From Hormiphora californensis (lineage: Eukaryota > Animalia > Ctenophora), in assembly GCA_020137815.1 (NCBI GenBank), contig CM035361.1, positions 1,488,001 to 1,552,000 of the forward strand: DNA of 64,000 bases, given 5' to 3'. The position numbers and the translations under genes were made by a program. Each line of letters opens with the position of its first letter. The stretch's first letter is position 1. This document shows, piece after piece, positions 1 through 12,951 of the stretch. The notes beneath the pieces are model-generated. The model saw only the letters and a program-made list of their open reading frames with translations, was not told the DNA's origin and ran no database searches.

Positions 1-39
1 TCAAGTTGGCAAATGATCACATCTCTCCAATGTCTACAG

Positions 40-2479
40 GTGGGCTCCAACTACAGTATAACCAACATTTACTGGTGTGAACTGAGCAGCGGGCTAAAGA
101 TCAAGAATACTGGAATACTACTGGCTAGCCTCTCTTTCAGCTTCGGAGCAGGGTAATAACAAAGATTTAGCTGAACTGAAATCAAAGATTTGAAGTGGAT
201 TTCGGATAAAAGTTTCCCACATCATCATCAAGGAAGATGGAGTCATTGCCTTCTTCTTCTTCTTCTGGGAGGACGCTGGCTAGTGCGAAGCACTAGCCAG
301 TAAGGGGTGGGTGCCATGAGGCTCCCGTTCCCCGTCCTGGGTGGTGTGGCTGGTATGTTGCCAACTGCTTCGGCCCAAGGAGGACTTGGGGAGCTGGTGC
401 CATACCAAGTCACAGGGAAACCTCCCTTTAAGGGGTGGTTTCAGGGGGGTGAAGTATCTCCATCGCCTTCTTATAGCAACGAGATCGTTTTTCTAAGGGG
501 TTGATGGTGTCATAATTTCGTACATGCTGAGGCCCCAGCCTGTCAAAGGATTCCTGTCGGAGTTTCCAAAGGGCGGGGCATTCAGTTAGTACATGCTTAT
601 TGTCCTCGTCTTCCCATCCCACATGCTGCACAGGTTGTGGTCTCGACTTTTTTTAATTTTTTCATGTGGTAGTTAAGGTGGCAGTGCCCTGTGAGTAGGT
701 GTGTCGCCGCCCTTAGGTCTGTTCTATTAAGTTTTTGAAGAGGTCTCTCATATCTTTCGGTCCACATCATGTCCATATGTTTGGTTTGTTTGATGGGTCC
801 GGTTTTAACCTTCTCCCTGAGGGCTGCATAGGCTGCCGCTTTGGGAATTGGTATGAGAGTAACTTCTTCGATTTCCTGAGCACCCCTTTTTGCCAAGATG
901 TCTGCTATTTCGTTTCCATCGTACCCTTGATGGGCCGGGATCCATCTAATCATGACATCGTTGAATATGGCCAGGGTGTTCAGATTTTTGATAGTCTTTA
1001 TCGTGGTTTTTGATCTGCATGTCGTGGAGTCTAGGGTCTTTATTGTCCCTTGACTGTCACAGTTTATGAGTATTCGCTCGTTAGCTGTTCCCCTATCCAG
1101 GAGATATTGAGCCGTCTGTTGTATGGCATACATTTCTGCCGCCGGGACAGTTCCTTCGGGGCCTAGGTTATACGAATTTCGAGCTAGCTCTGTTTCGCCA
1201 GAGTGGATAATGTATCCTGCACCGGCATTGTTGTTAATTTTTGACCCATCAGTGTGTGCAACTATCGTGTACTTGTCTCCATCCTCCAAAAACGTCTCCC
1301 TTTCTGGGATCTCTAACGAGAATTCCCTGTCTAGGGTGAGTTCCGGGGTTGTGAGATCGTGACATCTGCCCTCTGCTTCCAGAGTTCTGAGATCACGTGA
1401 TACCGTGTTGGCATGCGAAGTGAACACTTTTGGGGTCTTTAGGTCTGATTTTATTGGCCCTTCCCATTCCTCCCGTTGCCATTAGGGTGTATGCAGTTTT
1501 GGCTGCACAGTACCTCAGATGGTCGGTGATCGGGGCGGTGTTTGTGATTGTGTCTAGGGCTGTTGATGGCGTCGAGGGCATGGCCCCAGTTACCATCTTG
1601 AGTGCTAGCCTCTGTACCCTTATCATGTTTTCTTTGTTTGTTTTGGTTCGCATTGCATTAGCCCAGACCATTGCCCCGTAGCATAAGGTGGGTCTCACTA
1701 TTGCAGTGTATATCCATAGGGCCGTTTTAGGGTTTAGTCCCCACGTGGGTCCCACCACTTTACGGCACTGCATCAGGATATTTTTTGCTTTTTTTATTTG
1801 TTTGTTTACGTGCTCGTTCCAGTTCAGTTTGCTGTCAAGGGTAATCCCTAGAAACTTCGTGGATTCGGACACTTTGATAGGGTTGCCCTGAATTTTGATC
1901 GGGTTTCCAATTTTCACATTTTTTCGATGGGTGAATATGACTACATGCGATTTCAGGGCACTTAGTTTGAGCCCTACTGTCTTACACCAGGCGTTTATGG
2001 AATTAAGCCCCTTCTGGGTCGCGTCCCTTAGAGGGAGTATGTCCGCAGAGGGTCCATTTCTTCTTCATTGCCATTGTTGCCAACCACTCCTCTCCTCAGG
2101 TATACCTCTCTATTAGCCTGGTGGATACTCCAACCCCTGGGTTGGCGAACCTTCTTCATCCTCTCGTCCCTCCCTCTCTTCATCACCCCTCTCCTATCCT
2201 TCATATTCATCCTCCCTACCAGCCCAGTTTGGCTGGCCTCCAAATCCTCCACCACCTCCACCTCTAAGAACCCCATTCTATCCAGTTCCGTGTGGATTAA
2301 ACTCCTAATAGCTGCATTATCGTTTGTGTATCTGGTGAACATTGCACAGGGATGGGGGCTGATTCTCTTTGTCCCGGAGGTTTACCAGAGAGAGAATGAG
2401 GGATTGGGACAGAATGATGAGGGTTGCAATGGGGTGTTCGGGGTGGAGCTTCTCAAGATGACTGCTATATCAGGTGAGT

Positions 2480-2518
<39 letters not shown>

Positions 2519-3281
2519 GGAGAGGAGAAGATAGTGCGATGGGCGGGATGGATTCTAGAGAGAGTGGACTGCTATAGAATCGAGAACTGATAGATCTGTC
2601 TGGGCGCTCGGGCCTCTTGATGATCTGTACGTAAGGTTCTCTAGCTACGTTCTAGAGTTTACTCTCCTGCGGGGCTTCTCTGGTCTCCTGCTTTCTCGAT
2701 CGGTCACGACTCGTCGGATGCGCGGCCGCAGGGAATTCTTTGAGACACGATCGTACGGAAGCGAGGGGGCAGTACAGTCGGAGAAGTACTCGACGGAGAC
2801 TTGGAGACGTGCACTAGGAGAGAGGCCGGAAGTAGAGACGATGGGAGTCTGGACAGTACGGACTGAAAGACGAGGAGGGAAACGGGCCTTCGGTAGAAGA
2901 ATTCAACCTCAGTACAACATGAACTTCTTAGTACTCTCTCTCCCTCAGTATGGCTATCCTGCAAACCGCCTCTCCCTCCTCCCTTCTTCTCCTACCTCTG
3001 ACTCACCTACCCCTCCCCTCTAATTCGTTCCCCCCGTCCAGACTACTTGGCCTACCAAACTATCCCTCTGGCTGTTCATGATGAGCGCCTTTCCCTCGGA
3101 TCAAGTTAGGATGTCAGGGGCGGTGATTATAGACGCGTGTAGCAAGGTGGGTGCCCTGGTAGGGAGTGGAAGTGTGGCGTTTCTGGGTGTTAGAGAGGTG
3201 GAGGTGATGATGATGGTGTTAGGGGTGGTGCAGTGTGGGGTGTTAGGGGTGGTGAGATGTACTAGACTTTGGGAGGGGTAG
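40..3281 (+). CDS. SV2/SVOP-like MFS transporter, 3' part; nested antisense in a HECTD1 intron
   Basis: Exon 40-152 (VGSNYSITNIYWCELSSGLKIKNTGILLASLSFSFGAG) splices in phase to 2100-2473 (YTSLLAWWILQPLGWRTFFILSSLP...ILPTSPVWL, matching the GWR...PESPRWL motif of MFS sugar-porter/SV2 proteins). Last exon 3042-3281 (AFPSDQVRMSGAVIIDACSKVGALVGS) matches the TM10-11 motif. LIDLSGRSGLL (~2580-2630) resembles the D-x2-GRR loop, but the middle exons (2474-3041) cannot be resolved cleanly. The 5' end lies left of the window. Confidence 0.75.
251..2064 (-). mobile_element. 5'-truncated non-LTR retrotransposon (I-group/LOA-like; RT C-terminus, RNase H, CCHC-like tail)
   Basis: RT thumb KFLGITLDSKLNWNEHV...YTAIVRPTLCYGAMVW; RNase H HTDGSK...AEMYAI...CDSQ...WIPAHQGYDGNEIADILAK; LLTGH...CAAC...H...C knuckle. 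(GAA)5 tail at 251-265 and an 11-bp stem-loop at 276-300. Target-site duplication TCATTGCC at 243-250 and 2065-2072. Confidence 0.92.
428..2060 (-). pseudogene. Frameshifted ORF2 remnant of the LINE
   Basis: One continuous RT/RNase H homology is split across ORFs 1393-1917, 597-1427 and 428-631. Endonuclease and RT core are absent. Confidence 0.85.
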
Positions 3282-3464
3282 AGGGTGTTAGGGGTGGTGC
3301 AGTGTGGGGTGTTAGGGGTGGTGAGATGTACTAGACTCTGGGAGGACTGAGGAGTAGAGAGAATGGTTGAAAGAAGTATATAATGTTTGTTAAATGTTTG
3401 TGTTAACCCCTATTTACGCCATATATTGTGTATGTTTTTGTTCAAACTCGAATTAAAAACTCAC

Positions 3465-6400
3465 ATTTACACGAAGATAATCCTCGAGAGAGTGAACGGA
3501 CGTCATTGGCTCCACCTTCAGAGTTCGTCCTGTTCTGTCTAACAGAGCATGCTCACCTGGATACCGCTCCAGTCTAAACCGCAACCTGGGGGAGAAGGGG
3601 TTGAATACTAACATCGTTATCATACTGTAATTTCGGCCCAGTTCGGAGAGAACAGTCTTTTGGAAAACATTCCTTCAGCACCGTGCACCCCCAGAATGAC
3701 AGACATCGATAAAAGAGGGGCTAGAGAGAGGACCAATAATTCACCTCTTTGTAAGGATCTGCAGACTATACATCGCACCAGGTGTCTCGTACAGGTAAAG
3801 AGGGAGATTCTCCAGGGATTCCATAACTTGAACACACTTCTTTACCATGTTCGCTGCCATCTCCCTGCGAAAGACCGGGAGTTAGTTAGATCGAGGGTCT
3901 CGAGGGACATGGGATAGTTAGGGCCAAGCTGTAGGATGGAGAGATTGTTCTGTTCAAAAAGGATGTTGGGACTGGGGAGACAGGGTCGAGCAAGGCATGA
4001 GATATAACCAGTGTGGTATATCGATTGGTCAAGTTAGGAAATAAAATAAAATGAAAGATGGGATCAAGAAGTTACTCACTCTTGCTCTGGTGTTACAAAG
4101 CAGTTCTTGAACACCTCCACCCTCTCTTGGGACTTGTGAAGACTCGTATTGATGGCATTCTGTTGTTTTACTGAGCTGCCTACAGGCAACTTCTTCTCCT
4201 GAGGAGAGGTGGTCAGTAGTGGGAGAGAGAGAGAGAGAGAGAGGGTAAGAGAGAGAATCAGAACGACAGAGTCAGAAGAAACGGGGACACAGACACAGAC
4301 ACAGAGACGAGGACATATAACTCACCCCTCCCCCTCCACCAAGGGCTCGTAGCAGACACTGAACCAGATGACAAGAGTTCAGTTCAAATGTTGAGATTGA
4401 GGTTTCCTGGTTAAGAAGCTCTGCAAGCCTCAGGAAGGATTCACTCAGCTGTTCTTTCCATCCCGCACTCTGAAAAGGGAATATTATGGTGGGGTTTATC
4501 TGAGTTGAGTTGGTCACGAAAGTTCCAGTCAATCTGGGAAGTTAGGGTTTATTTTATTCCGTGACCAAAGATGAGATGTTTTTCTTTTTAAGCAACTAAA
4601 AATTGAAACTAACCTGTTTCGACTCATTATGAAGTGACACTGCAGTGTCAATATCCTTTAGAATCAACTTCAGCTTTGTTACGATTGGTCGGGCGTGATC
4701 CTTTCTATTCTCAAAGTACCGTGTGAACACTGACTCTGACATTGTATTTATCTGAAAAAAAGAAAAGGAGATAATCATAACAAAACATCTCGTTTTTCTT
4801 TCGGTCACCGATCAAGCACTTTCGACATCGGACATTTGCTGTGAGATATCACAATCATGATAACCGCTCAATGTATTTCTAAATCGTTAAACATGACGTT
4901 ATCTCAGTGATTTGATTCAACAAACGTCAAACCACCTAACCAGTTGTCTTTACTTAATACTTGCTTGACTCGTCCTTGTCATTCAAACCAGAAAACCAGC
5001 TTATCGGGCTTGAGTGTTTGAGCGCGCGCCACAATCAGACCCCCTCGCGCCACTCTCCCAAGTCCAATGTTTTCGCGCGCTCCGTTTTGTTCTCTCTACC
5101 ACCCCTCCCAAGTTGCGTGTGTGTGGCTTGAAGGAGAGAGTGTACGGAATTGCATGTATTGAAACTAATGTGATATTTATGTAAACTGTATAAATATATT
5201 GTACCTGCGATTGAAGCTGTTTAGATTTTGTCATAACACGGGACACTTTTTTACCCCAACCACTAGCAAAGTCTTGTCCTGGGGAGAGAGATAAATCGGG
5301 GAGATATTGGCAGTGAAATAAGAACTTGAAGATAATAAAGATAAAGATATGAAACAGATAAGATTATTACCTAGTGTGAGTTCAGCATTGAATGAGTGTG
5401 TCGCACCCTTGTTTGACTCGAAAATAAACCCAGGGAGATCTTCTCGAAGAACCGTACTCTGAAAAAGGAAGATTCAATGACGACAGACAAACAACGGAAG
5501 AGATATTAGTTTTCACTTGAAATGATGATTGGATATGCAGTATATCATATTACATCAACGTAATACAGCTTGCCTGCTTTGGTCAGATTAAATCATAAAA
5601 TAACTTTTTCTCAACACACAAGTATTGTAAAGAAGAGTTAGAACAAAACATGAAGAATAACAGATTTCAATGTTCACCCCAATGAATCTAAGTACCTGCC
5701 CCCCCCCCCCCCCCCAACCCGGCCCCCATGGCCAATGACTCTGAGTACCTGTTTCCCCTCAGTGTTGTCAATAGCCAGCTCCCCCTCTCTCCTGCACTTT
5801 AATGTCCACTTATCAATAGTTATCACATGACCTGGAAAGGATAAAGTGGTAAAACTTGGGCAAAACTTGCAACAAGCTAACTTTTTCGCAACTTAGGTCA
5901 GATTACTAGGATTACACTAAACTATAGGTAATTACTTGTCACACTACAGCCCCTGGAAAAATGGTTTTATGAAGGAGTCAACTTTTCAACTTCTATCTTT
6001 TCTTAACAACGCAACTTCTCTGCTAGACCCATACGTATTGATGATTATCGTTACCTATCATACACTTACGTTTACACTGGAACGCTTTACACTTTTGACA
6101 AGCCTTTGAATTCACTTGATCTAATATCCGTGAATATCATGTCCAAGTTTAAAATCCCGCTTGGACCTTTTCTTTTTATACTCGGTATGTTCAAACTTGC
6201 CGTTTTCATTCCAAAGTTAAAAGTTTTAATCCTTGCTATGACTCATCACAATTTTTAACCATCTAGTTTTTCATCTCACTAACCCCATACAACCACACCA
6301 GGCTATTTTACCATGGTAGCTGCTAAACAAAGCTCCAAACATGCCGATCTGAGTGAAATCCCTGAGGGTGAACTCAAGAAACTCCGAAAGAAGGCCATCC

Positions 6401-9400
6401 ATAGCAAGAAACCTACTGCTACTAAAGCTGACCGAGAGAAGCAGCAGCAGCAGGAGAACTTCAAGGACCAGACTAAGAGAAGATGGACACGGGATGCTGA
6501 AGATTGGGTCAGTGCCGAGTGGAGTCTAGAGTACTCCCATCATGATGGAACCTGGAAAGCAGCAACCCCGAATAAAAAAGTTGCTGTTCCTGAATCGCTT
6601 ATCAACTTCAAGCCACTTCCCCCTCCGAGACCTTCAAAAACCAAGAAGCAAGTCAAAGTTGAACCAAGCCACAACAACTACCAAAAACCCATGATCTCCA
6701 AGAAAGGTCCAGCTCCTGGTAGCACAGCCAGAGTTTCCGCTGCTCCAGCTAAACCTAGTAACAAGAATAAATCACCCACAACCCCCAGACGACCCAAACG
6801 TCTCCCACCTCCAGCCCCTCTTGAAGACATCTACCACTCCGACCACAGTGCCAAGGAATACAGGAAGAATGATGATATTTTGATACTGACTGTGGGTTGG
6901 ACAGCTCTTATAAGATTCTGTTTGGTTTCATTATTCACACCAATGGTGTTGGCGGGTGTGACATGACATCGAAGACGCTCATTTAGACGTTTCGGCTGTA
7001 CGGCCATTATCAATAATGCTCAATAAATAGTTTTACGTTGTAGTTGATGAAAGTTTCAATCGTGTGGTATTTTACTGGGGAAAGGGCCGGATGAAAACAT
7101 ATTATACCGTCACTTGGGCTCACCATTCACTTGAATGTAAAAGGGAAAATGTACGGTATATCGAGGTTTGTAATACCTGGAGAGCTGAGGATGGGCTGTG
7201 AAGTCTTGTCAGATGGAACCTGAACCTTGGCTCTTTGCAACTTCTCCAGAAACTCGTATCTGGATTCTGGGCGAGAGAGAAGATTGTTTTAGTGAGAATT
7301 ACGGAGTTGTAGAATGAAGAATCTACAAGTTGAAACAGGGTGTTCTTCTCCAGAGAGTAAACTGGAAAATATACTTCATATATCATTTCATATCACTTCA
7401 TATCATTTCTGGGCGACAAGTTCCAGCTACGAACGATAACACTACCTTTTCCTGTAGTACTGCTACCGTTTGTATCCAGAGCCCCTGCACTATAAATAGT
7501 AGACAGCTTCCCATCCATTACAAAACTGAGGGGGGATAGGATGGTAAATTGGGGGATAATGTTGTTGTTGGGAATGTAAGTAGGGAATTCTATGTTTATA
7601 CAGTGATCTCTAAGAAGAGATTGAGGGGTTTACTCCATCATCAGGCTGAAACAAACTGATATAAATCAGATCTCACCTGAACCACCCATTGCTCCCACTG
7701 CTCAGAGAGATGGCCGCACAATCACTCCACAGATAGAGACAGTCCTTGGTTAGGAGGACACTCCACTGACACCAGTGGTAGGGGCGGTATGGGAGAATCT
7801 CTAGAGCATCATCTGGACACTGTTCCTCCTGGGAAAGAGGGGGGGGGGGCTTGTTGGAAATTCAGAGCTTCAATTGTTGGCGGAGGGGAAACGTATCATA
7901 GGGAATAGATAACGGAATAGGGAGAAATTTAAGATCTAGTTGAGAATCTAGTGGGGATTTATCATGATTATGTATCGATGTTATATTTACCATTTCATTC
8001 TTTTTCTTCTCCTCGATTGATTGTTTAGCTCTCTTGCTAACATGGTTGATAACCCCCAGTCTACAGAAATGATCCATAAATATATCCTGCCCCTTCTGGC
8101 AGAGATCTCGGACCATGTGGAGGGATAACACCTTGTTTTCATCAGATCCAGCCTGAATGAAATGGTGGTCGAAAGTTGAAACTCAAATCAAAGTCAGATC
8201 AATGTTTTCCAAATAAAATGTGAATTGATGTCACCAATCACCATATATATACGCCCCCCCCCCCCACCAATTATCGTGATTTCTCAAAAAAATTACTTTT
8301 CGATGGTTTAATTTCAGGCACCGTACGTGACACTGAACAAATTACAAATGTCAAATGATATGTGTCACGCCACAATGTGATACGTACCTCTAGCACACTA
8401 GCAAGAGTTTCCACAAGTTGTGCACTGTAAGGGCTGTCCGGGTTCTCACATAGCACGGACAGCAGGTTAGGTGTCATGTACTTTACTATCTTCCGGAGTA
8501 GAGTTAGGGCACTTTTACTGACACTAGAAGGAGAGTGGGGGGTTTGGTGTTGAATAGTGTTCCTAATTCCGACAGAAAGACAAATTTCCCCAAAGCATCT
8601 ATCACAATATCTCTGTTCCAATTCCTACTTGGTGTTATCATGGTTACCATGGTTACCATGGTTACTAAAACAGTAACTTCCTACCTGGTGTAGAGACTGT
8701 TCTGGAAGATATCAGTGAACTGTGGTATCCAGTATCGGAGGTACATGACAATAATCTCCTCCTCAACTCCCTTTACAACCGGCACCATGACACTGTAAAT
8801 AATAGTGATATTGGGGGTATATAGCAATAATCGGGAGCTATTCTCAGACCTAGTTTTTGAATGAAATTAGATTAGACTAGACGGGACTACATGACAACAT
8901 ATATCCGAACCAGCAGTGTTTGTTTTATTGCAAGTACTGAACATTCGCCCTACCTCGCTTGCTCGCTGGTAACAGTCAAGTTAGCAGAGTTGTTAGCAGA
9001 AGTCGATGATTCCGTCTCTGCTGCTACTCTCTGCTGATCACTCTCACTACTACTACTAGTATTGCTACTACTTCCAGTAGCTGGCTCTGTTTCTAACATC
9101 CACTCTCCAGGGTTTTGTAGGATGTGTACCACTTCCCGGTGTCCCTGATGGGAGTTGAGTAGTCAGTTAATGTAATCAATTAGCTGTGACGTAATCAATC
9201 AGTTGTGACGTCATATATGAACTGAATAGTGTTCATTGTTCAATTAACACTGGGAGAGAAAAGATGATGTTATCAATCAGCTGTGAGATAAATTAAATTA
9301 TGTTCAGTATATCAAATTGCCAATTCCCTCAAATCTCAATGTCAAAAGTTCAGACAATTGTAAGATTGATCTACCAAACCCTCACAGAGATTGTAATACC

Positions 9401-11960
9401 TCTTCGTTTTTCTCCCTCGCCTTGTCAAGAGGAGTTTTCCCATCATCGTCACGTAGTTCAGGGTTAGCCCCACTTCGTAGCAGAACTTTAGCAATAGCGG
9501 GACGACCTGCACCGGACAAGAGAGGGGTTGTTAAGCATAAATAAATATTGGACAACTGCCAAAAGAGGGGTTAATTGGCAACGGCATTTGACTTTGCTGA
9601 GATCGAAACATATTCTACTTCTAGGTTTTTTAGGTACGTTACGATATCAGAACGGGATAATGTTTCTACTTACCAAACACGGCTGAGTAGTGGAGAGAGG
9701 AAGATCTCTGACCCCTGTTAACTTACCAAATACAGCTGAGTAGTGGAGAGAGGAAGATCTCTGACCCCTGTTAACTTACCAAATACGGCTGAGTAGTGGA
9801 GAGAGGAAGATCTCTGACCCCTACATTAACTTACCAAACACGGCTGAGTAGTGGAGAGAGGAAGATCTCTGACCCCTGTTAACATCAGCCCCCTTTTTAA
9901 TTAGGTATTCCACCATGGTCAGAGTACCAAAGGCACTGGCCCAGTTTAGCAGGGTCTGACCTACGTCATCCATGAAGTTCACATCAAATGAACCTGGGAA
10001 AGGGAGTGGTTGTTATTGAAAATGAATCTGACTAAGTGGGGGGTGGAATTATTGGAAATAGAAATAATAATGTTTTATTTATTCAAAACTTCCATATATT
10101 CCTTCAACGTATCCTATCACTTGTTGGCAATTCGAGCATAAGTATGTGGCAAAAAACATATTGTCTCAATTAGCAACCCTATTTACCTGTTTCAATTAGT
10201 TCAATTAGCAACCCTATTTACCTGTTTCAATTAGCTCAATTAGCCCATTAGAGTCCTTGCTCCTAATCTTATCAATCAGCTGTTTGTGGTTCGCACTGTC
10301 CAGAGCCTGGGCAGGGGTCGCAGGAGCAATACCTATGGAGGAGAATATATTATATTGTGACAAATACCTACATTGGTAACTATGGTAGCCTTGGTAACCA
10401 TTGTATCCCTGCAGTAACGTAAGTCGTAACCATGGCAACCACACTCAACACCTACCAGGTTGTGATGATCTAGGAAGGGCATCTCTCCCGTTAAACATTA
10501 GCAGTAGAAGTAGGTCAATGAACCTCATTGCGTCCAAGACACACCTAAAGCAAGAACAAGTTAGGTTGTAAAATGTAATTTATACTTGAAGGCAGGAATC
10601 TTTGACAAAAAAGTAAGTTACAGCCCATATATGGGCATATATTATGACGTCATATGCCCATATAAGGTATTGTACCTTTCTGATGCGGAGAGAGCAGCGC
10701 TGAGGGCATCTGGCAGGTTACAACCGTCCTCTAGCAGTCGTCTTGTTATAGTGTCACTCCCACGACACAAGGCAGAGAGGAGCGAGATTATCACTATAAT
10801 AGTCGCCTCGCTGTGGGGTTAGAAGTTTCAATTTGCTGAGAGGGTGAGAGGGAGAGAAGGATGAGATCTAGAACCCTGATATATACCACACTGGGATGTC
10901 ACTATTGGGGTATTAATTATAACAGACTGGAAACAGGATAGAGTTCCCCGAAAAGTTTGGCATGGCTTCTAAGAAACTGAAGTTTTTCATGGGTTATAAG
11001 AATTAATACCTTGGTGTAGTTCGAGATGCGGCACTAGCACTTCCTCCCCCGGCGGCTGCTGCGTGAGACTTGCTGGGGGTGTAGGGGCACTGGACACTGA
11101 CTGTCAGGATCTCTAGCAGGTTCTCTACCAGCCCGTGACGTCCAAGAGGCTCTGGGTCAATGTTCTTACGGGTGAACCTGGAAATATTGGAATCAGGTCT
11201 TCTGAATTGTAATGAAGTGAAATATTCTCAGACATCAGGCAGTCACAAATAAAAAACCAGACATAGGGTTACAAGCCCTGATCTGTATCTTTATCAACTC
11301 AATACATTTGACCCCCCCCCCACCAACACATGAACTGTTTACCTGTCTGACAGTGAGGCAAAACACCTCAGTGCTCCTTCTGACACCTGTAGATCAGGAT
11401 GGTTCAACAACCCAGATAGAGCCACCACACACTCTGGCAGTGCATCGTCAGTAGGTTCACATTTAGTGCATAGTTTGGAAACCACCGCCATGGCAGAGTG
11501 GAGAATGTCCTTGTGAGTGGTGGCCTGGTGGTCTGAGATCCAGCTTAGTAGGGCTGGCAGTCCACCAACCTGGGGGAGGGGGATTGTGTAAGGATCAAGC
11601 AAAAGGGGGGGGTATTGTTATGTTTTAACTCTCCTCTTCACGCGGTGAGAGAGGGTGAGAGAAGGTCGAGCAAGGGAGGATATATTGTCTTTTGCAGAGT
11701 CTTAACAAGGAGTTATTAAATCATCATTGAGTCACCGAAAAGTAACAAAACTAAATAGTGATTTAATATATCTCTTTGTGTAATAGTCCCACACCAACCT
11801 GAAATATAGCACCAGCCTCTCTCGTCACCATAAACTCGAGCACCTTGATACACTGTTCACTGAGATCTTTACCAGTGCGGGTCTCACTTCGGTGGGTGAG
11901 TCGGTCACAGAAGGCCTTCACTGCACCATCAACTGATACGATCCTTCGAGTACACTGGGG

Positions 11961-12026
<66 letters not shown>

Positions 12027-12951
12027 TTAGTTACTTACTTAGTTGATGCAACGGGTAACCCTATTCTCTCATTTAAGAGTTGACGCAACCCTATTCTCTC
12101 ATCTCTACATAGACGAGTTGATGCAATCCTATTCTCTGGCCTCTGCATATATAGTTGGTGACGCAGTCACCCTTACAACTTGCGCGCGTAGCGCGCGAAA
12201 ACGAAGCCCGCGAAGCAGAGAGGTGATGGCGTCACCAACATATAGAAGAGTTTGCACAATTGGAGAGCAGGTGCTGCTTCCGTTTCTGTTGTCACGTTAC
12301 ACTTCTTCAATGACAAAAGATAATAAATATATCTTTGCGTCGTGTGCAATACCACGTTACATAGCATTATTGCAGTTTGACTGATGATAGAGTTGATTCT
12401 GGAGTGTACATGAATGAGTCTGAACTCTAATATTACCTCTGCACTGACGTCTAGGTAGAACCGCATTGCACGGGCAGTTGCCTCTAGTATGCTCTCTGGT
12501 GCTGATTCATCCATGAAAATCCGGCAGAGGGCAGGGAGAAAGGTTCGCGGGGGACAACTGGAGAGAGAGAGAGAAATGGAAATTGTCAGTAAAGTGTATT
12601 AGTAAAACACTGTGTTTCAAAATGTTGTATTTCTAGAGAATAAAGGCCCAAAAAAGATTTTAAAGAAATAGACAACTCATGAAGATGAGGGTATTGAATA
12701 TCGATACTAGTGAATAATAAAAGTACCAGGCCGGGGAAAGGAAACTCTATGGTTCCAACCAATGGAGACGGCCTCCAAGAAGAAGAAGAATAATAAAAGT
12801 AGAAGAAGCATGTATCCTACCTTTCAAAGCACTGATCAATGTTATCGCTCATCAACAGTAACATACACAGCTGCTCCAGTGCTGACAACTGGACATCTCC
12901 ATGCCCCATTTGTAGCCATTCCAGCAGCATGTCCGGGTCCACATCACACAT
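3465..12951 (-). CDS. HECTD1: E3 ubiquitin ligase HECTD1, N-terminal half (ARM-like and ankyrin region); many exons; continues beyond base 1
   Basis: First exon 12951-12821 reads [43 protein letters not shown]. Later exons: [20 protein letters not shown]; [16 protein letters not shown]; ankyrin [15 protein letters not shown] and [11 protein letters not shown]; [23 protein letters not shown]; [21 protein letters not shown] / [27 protein letters not shown]. All are collinear with animal HECTD1. Confidence 0.96.
6313..6966 (+). CDS. Intronless Lys/Pro-rich orphan ORF (217 aa) nested antisense in a HECTD1 intron
   Basis: 654-nt open frame with protein-like composition, preceded by a CTAAC branch point and a CAG acceptor ~11 nt before the ATG. 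No recognisable domain. Confidence 0.55.
   Translation: MVAAKQSSKHADLSEIPEGELKKLRKKAIHSKKPTATKADREKQQQQENFKDQTKRRWTRDAEDWVSAEWSLEYSHHDGTWKAATPNKKVAVPESLINFKPLPPPRPSKTKKQVKVEPSHNNYQKPMISKKGPAPGSTARVSAAPAKPSNKNKSPTTPRRPKRLPPPAPLEDIYHSDHSAKEYRKNDDILILTVGWTALIRFCLVSLFTPMVLAGVT
9668..9883 (-). repeat. Four tandem ~53-56-bp copies of a HECTD1 ankyrin exon end plus its GTAAG donor
   Basis: Unit acttaccaaa(c/t)a(c)(g/a)gctgagtagtggagagaggaagatctctgacccct repeated 4x; it encodes [14 protein letters not shown]. Confidence 0.9.

Noticed and set aside
2028-3400. Initially read as the LINE ORF1/5' region
   Set aside because: The TSD places the LINE end at 2064, and the + strand here encodes MFS exons.
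9668-9883. Regularly spaced repeats here and at 19165-19527 superficially like CRISPR arrays
   Set aside because: No unique spacers, eukaryotic context and no cas genes; they are tandem duplications of splice junctions.
8635-10440. X-box-like GTTACCATGGTTAC / GTAACCATGGCAAC runs at 8635-8665 and 10375-10440
   Set aside because: They form a 9-bp simple repeat deep in HECTD1 introns, with no promoter context.
10623-10670. CArG-CRE-CArG palindrome in a HECTD1 intron
   Set aside because: It looks like a low-complexity palindromic repeat filling a short intron; no independent support for function.
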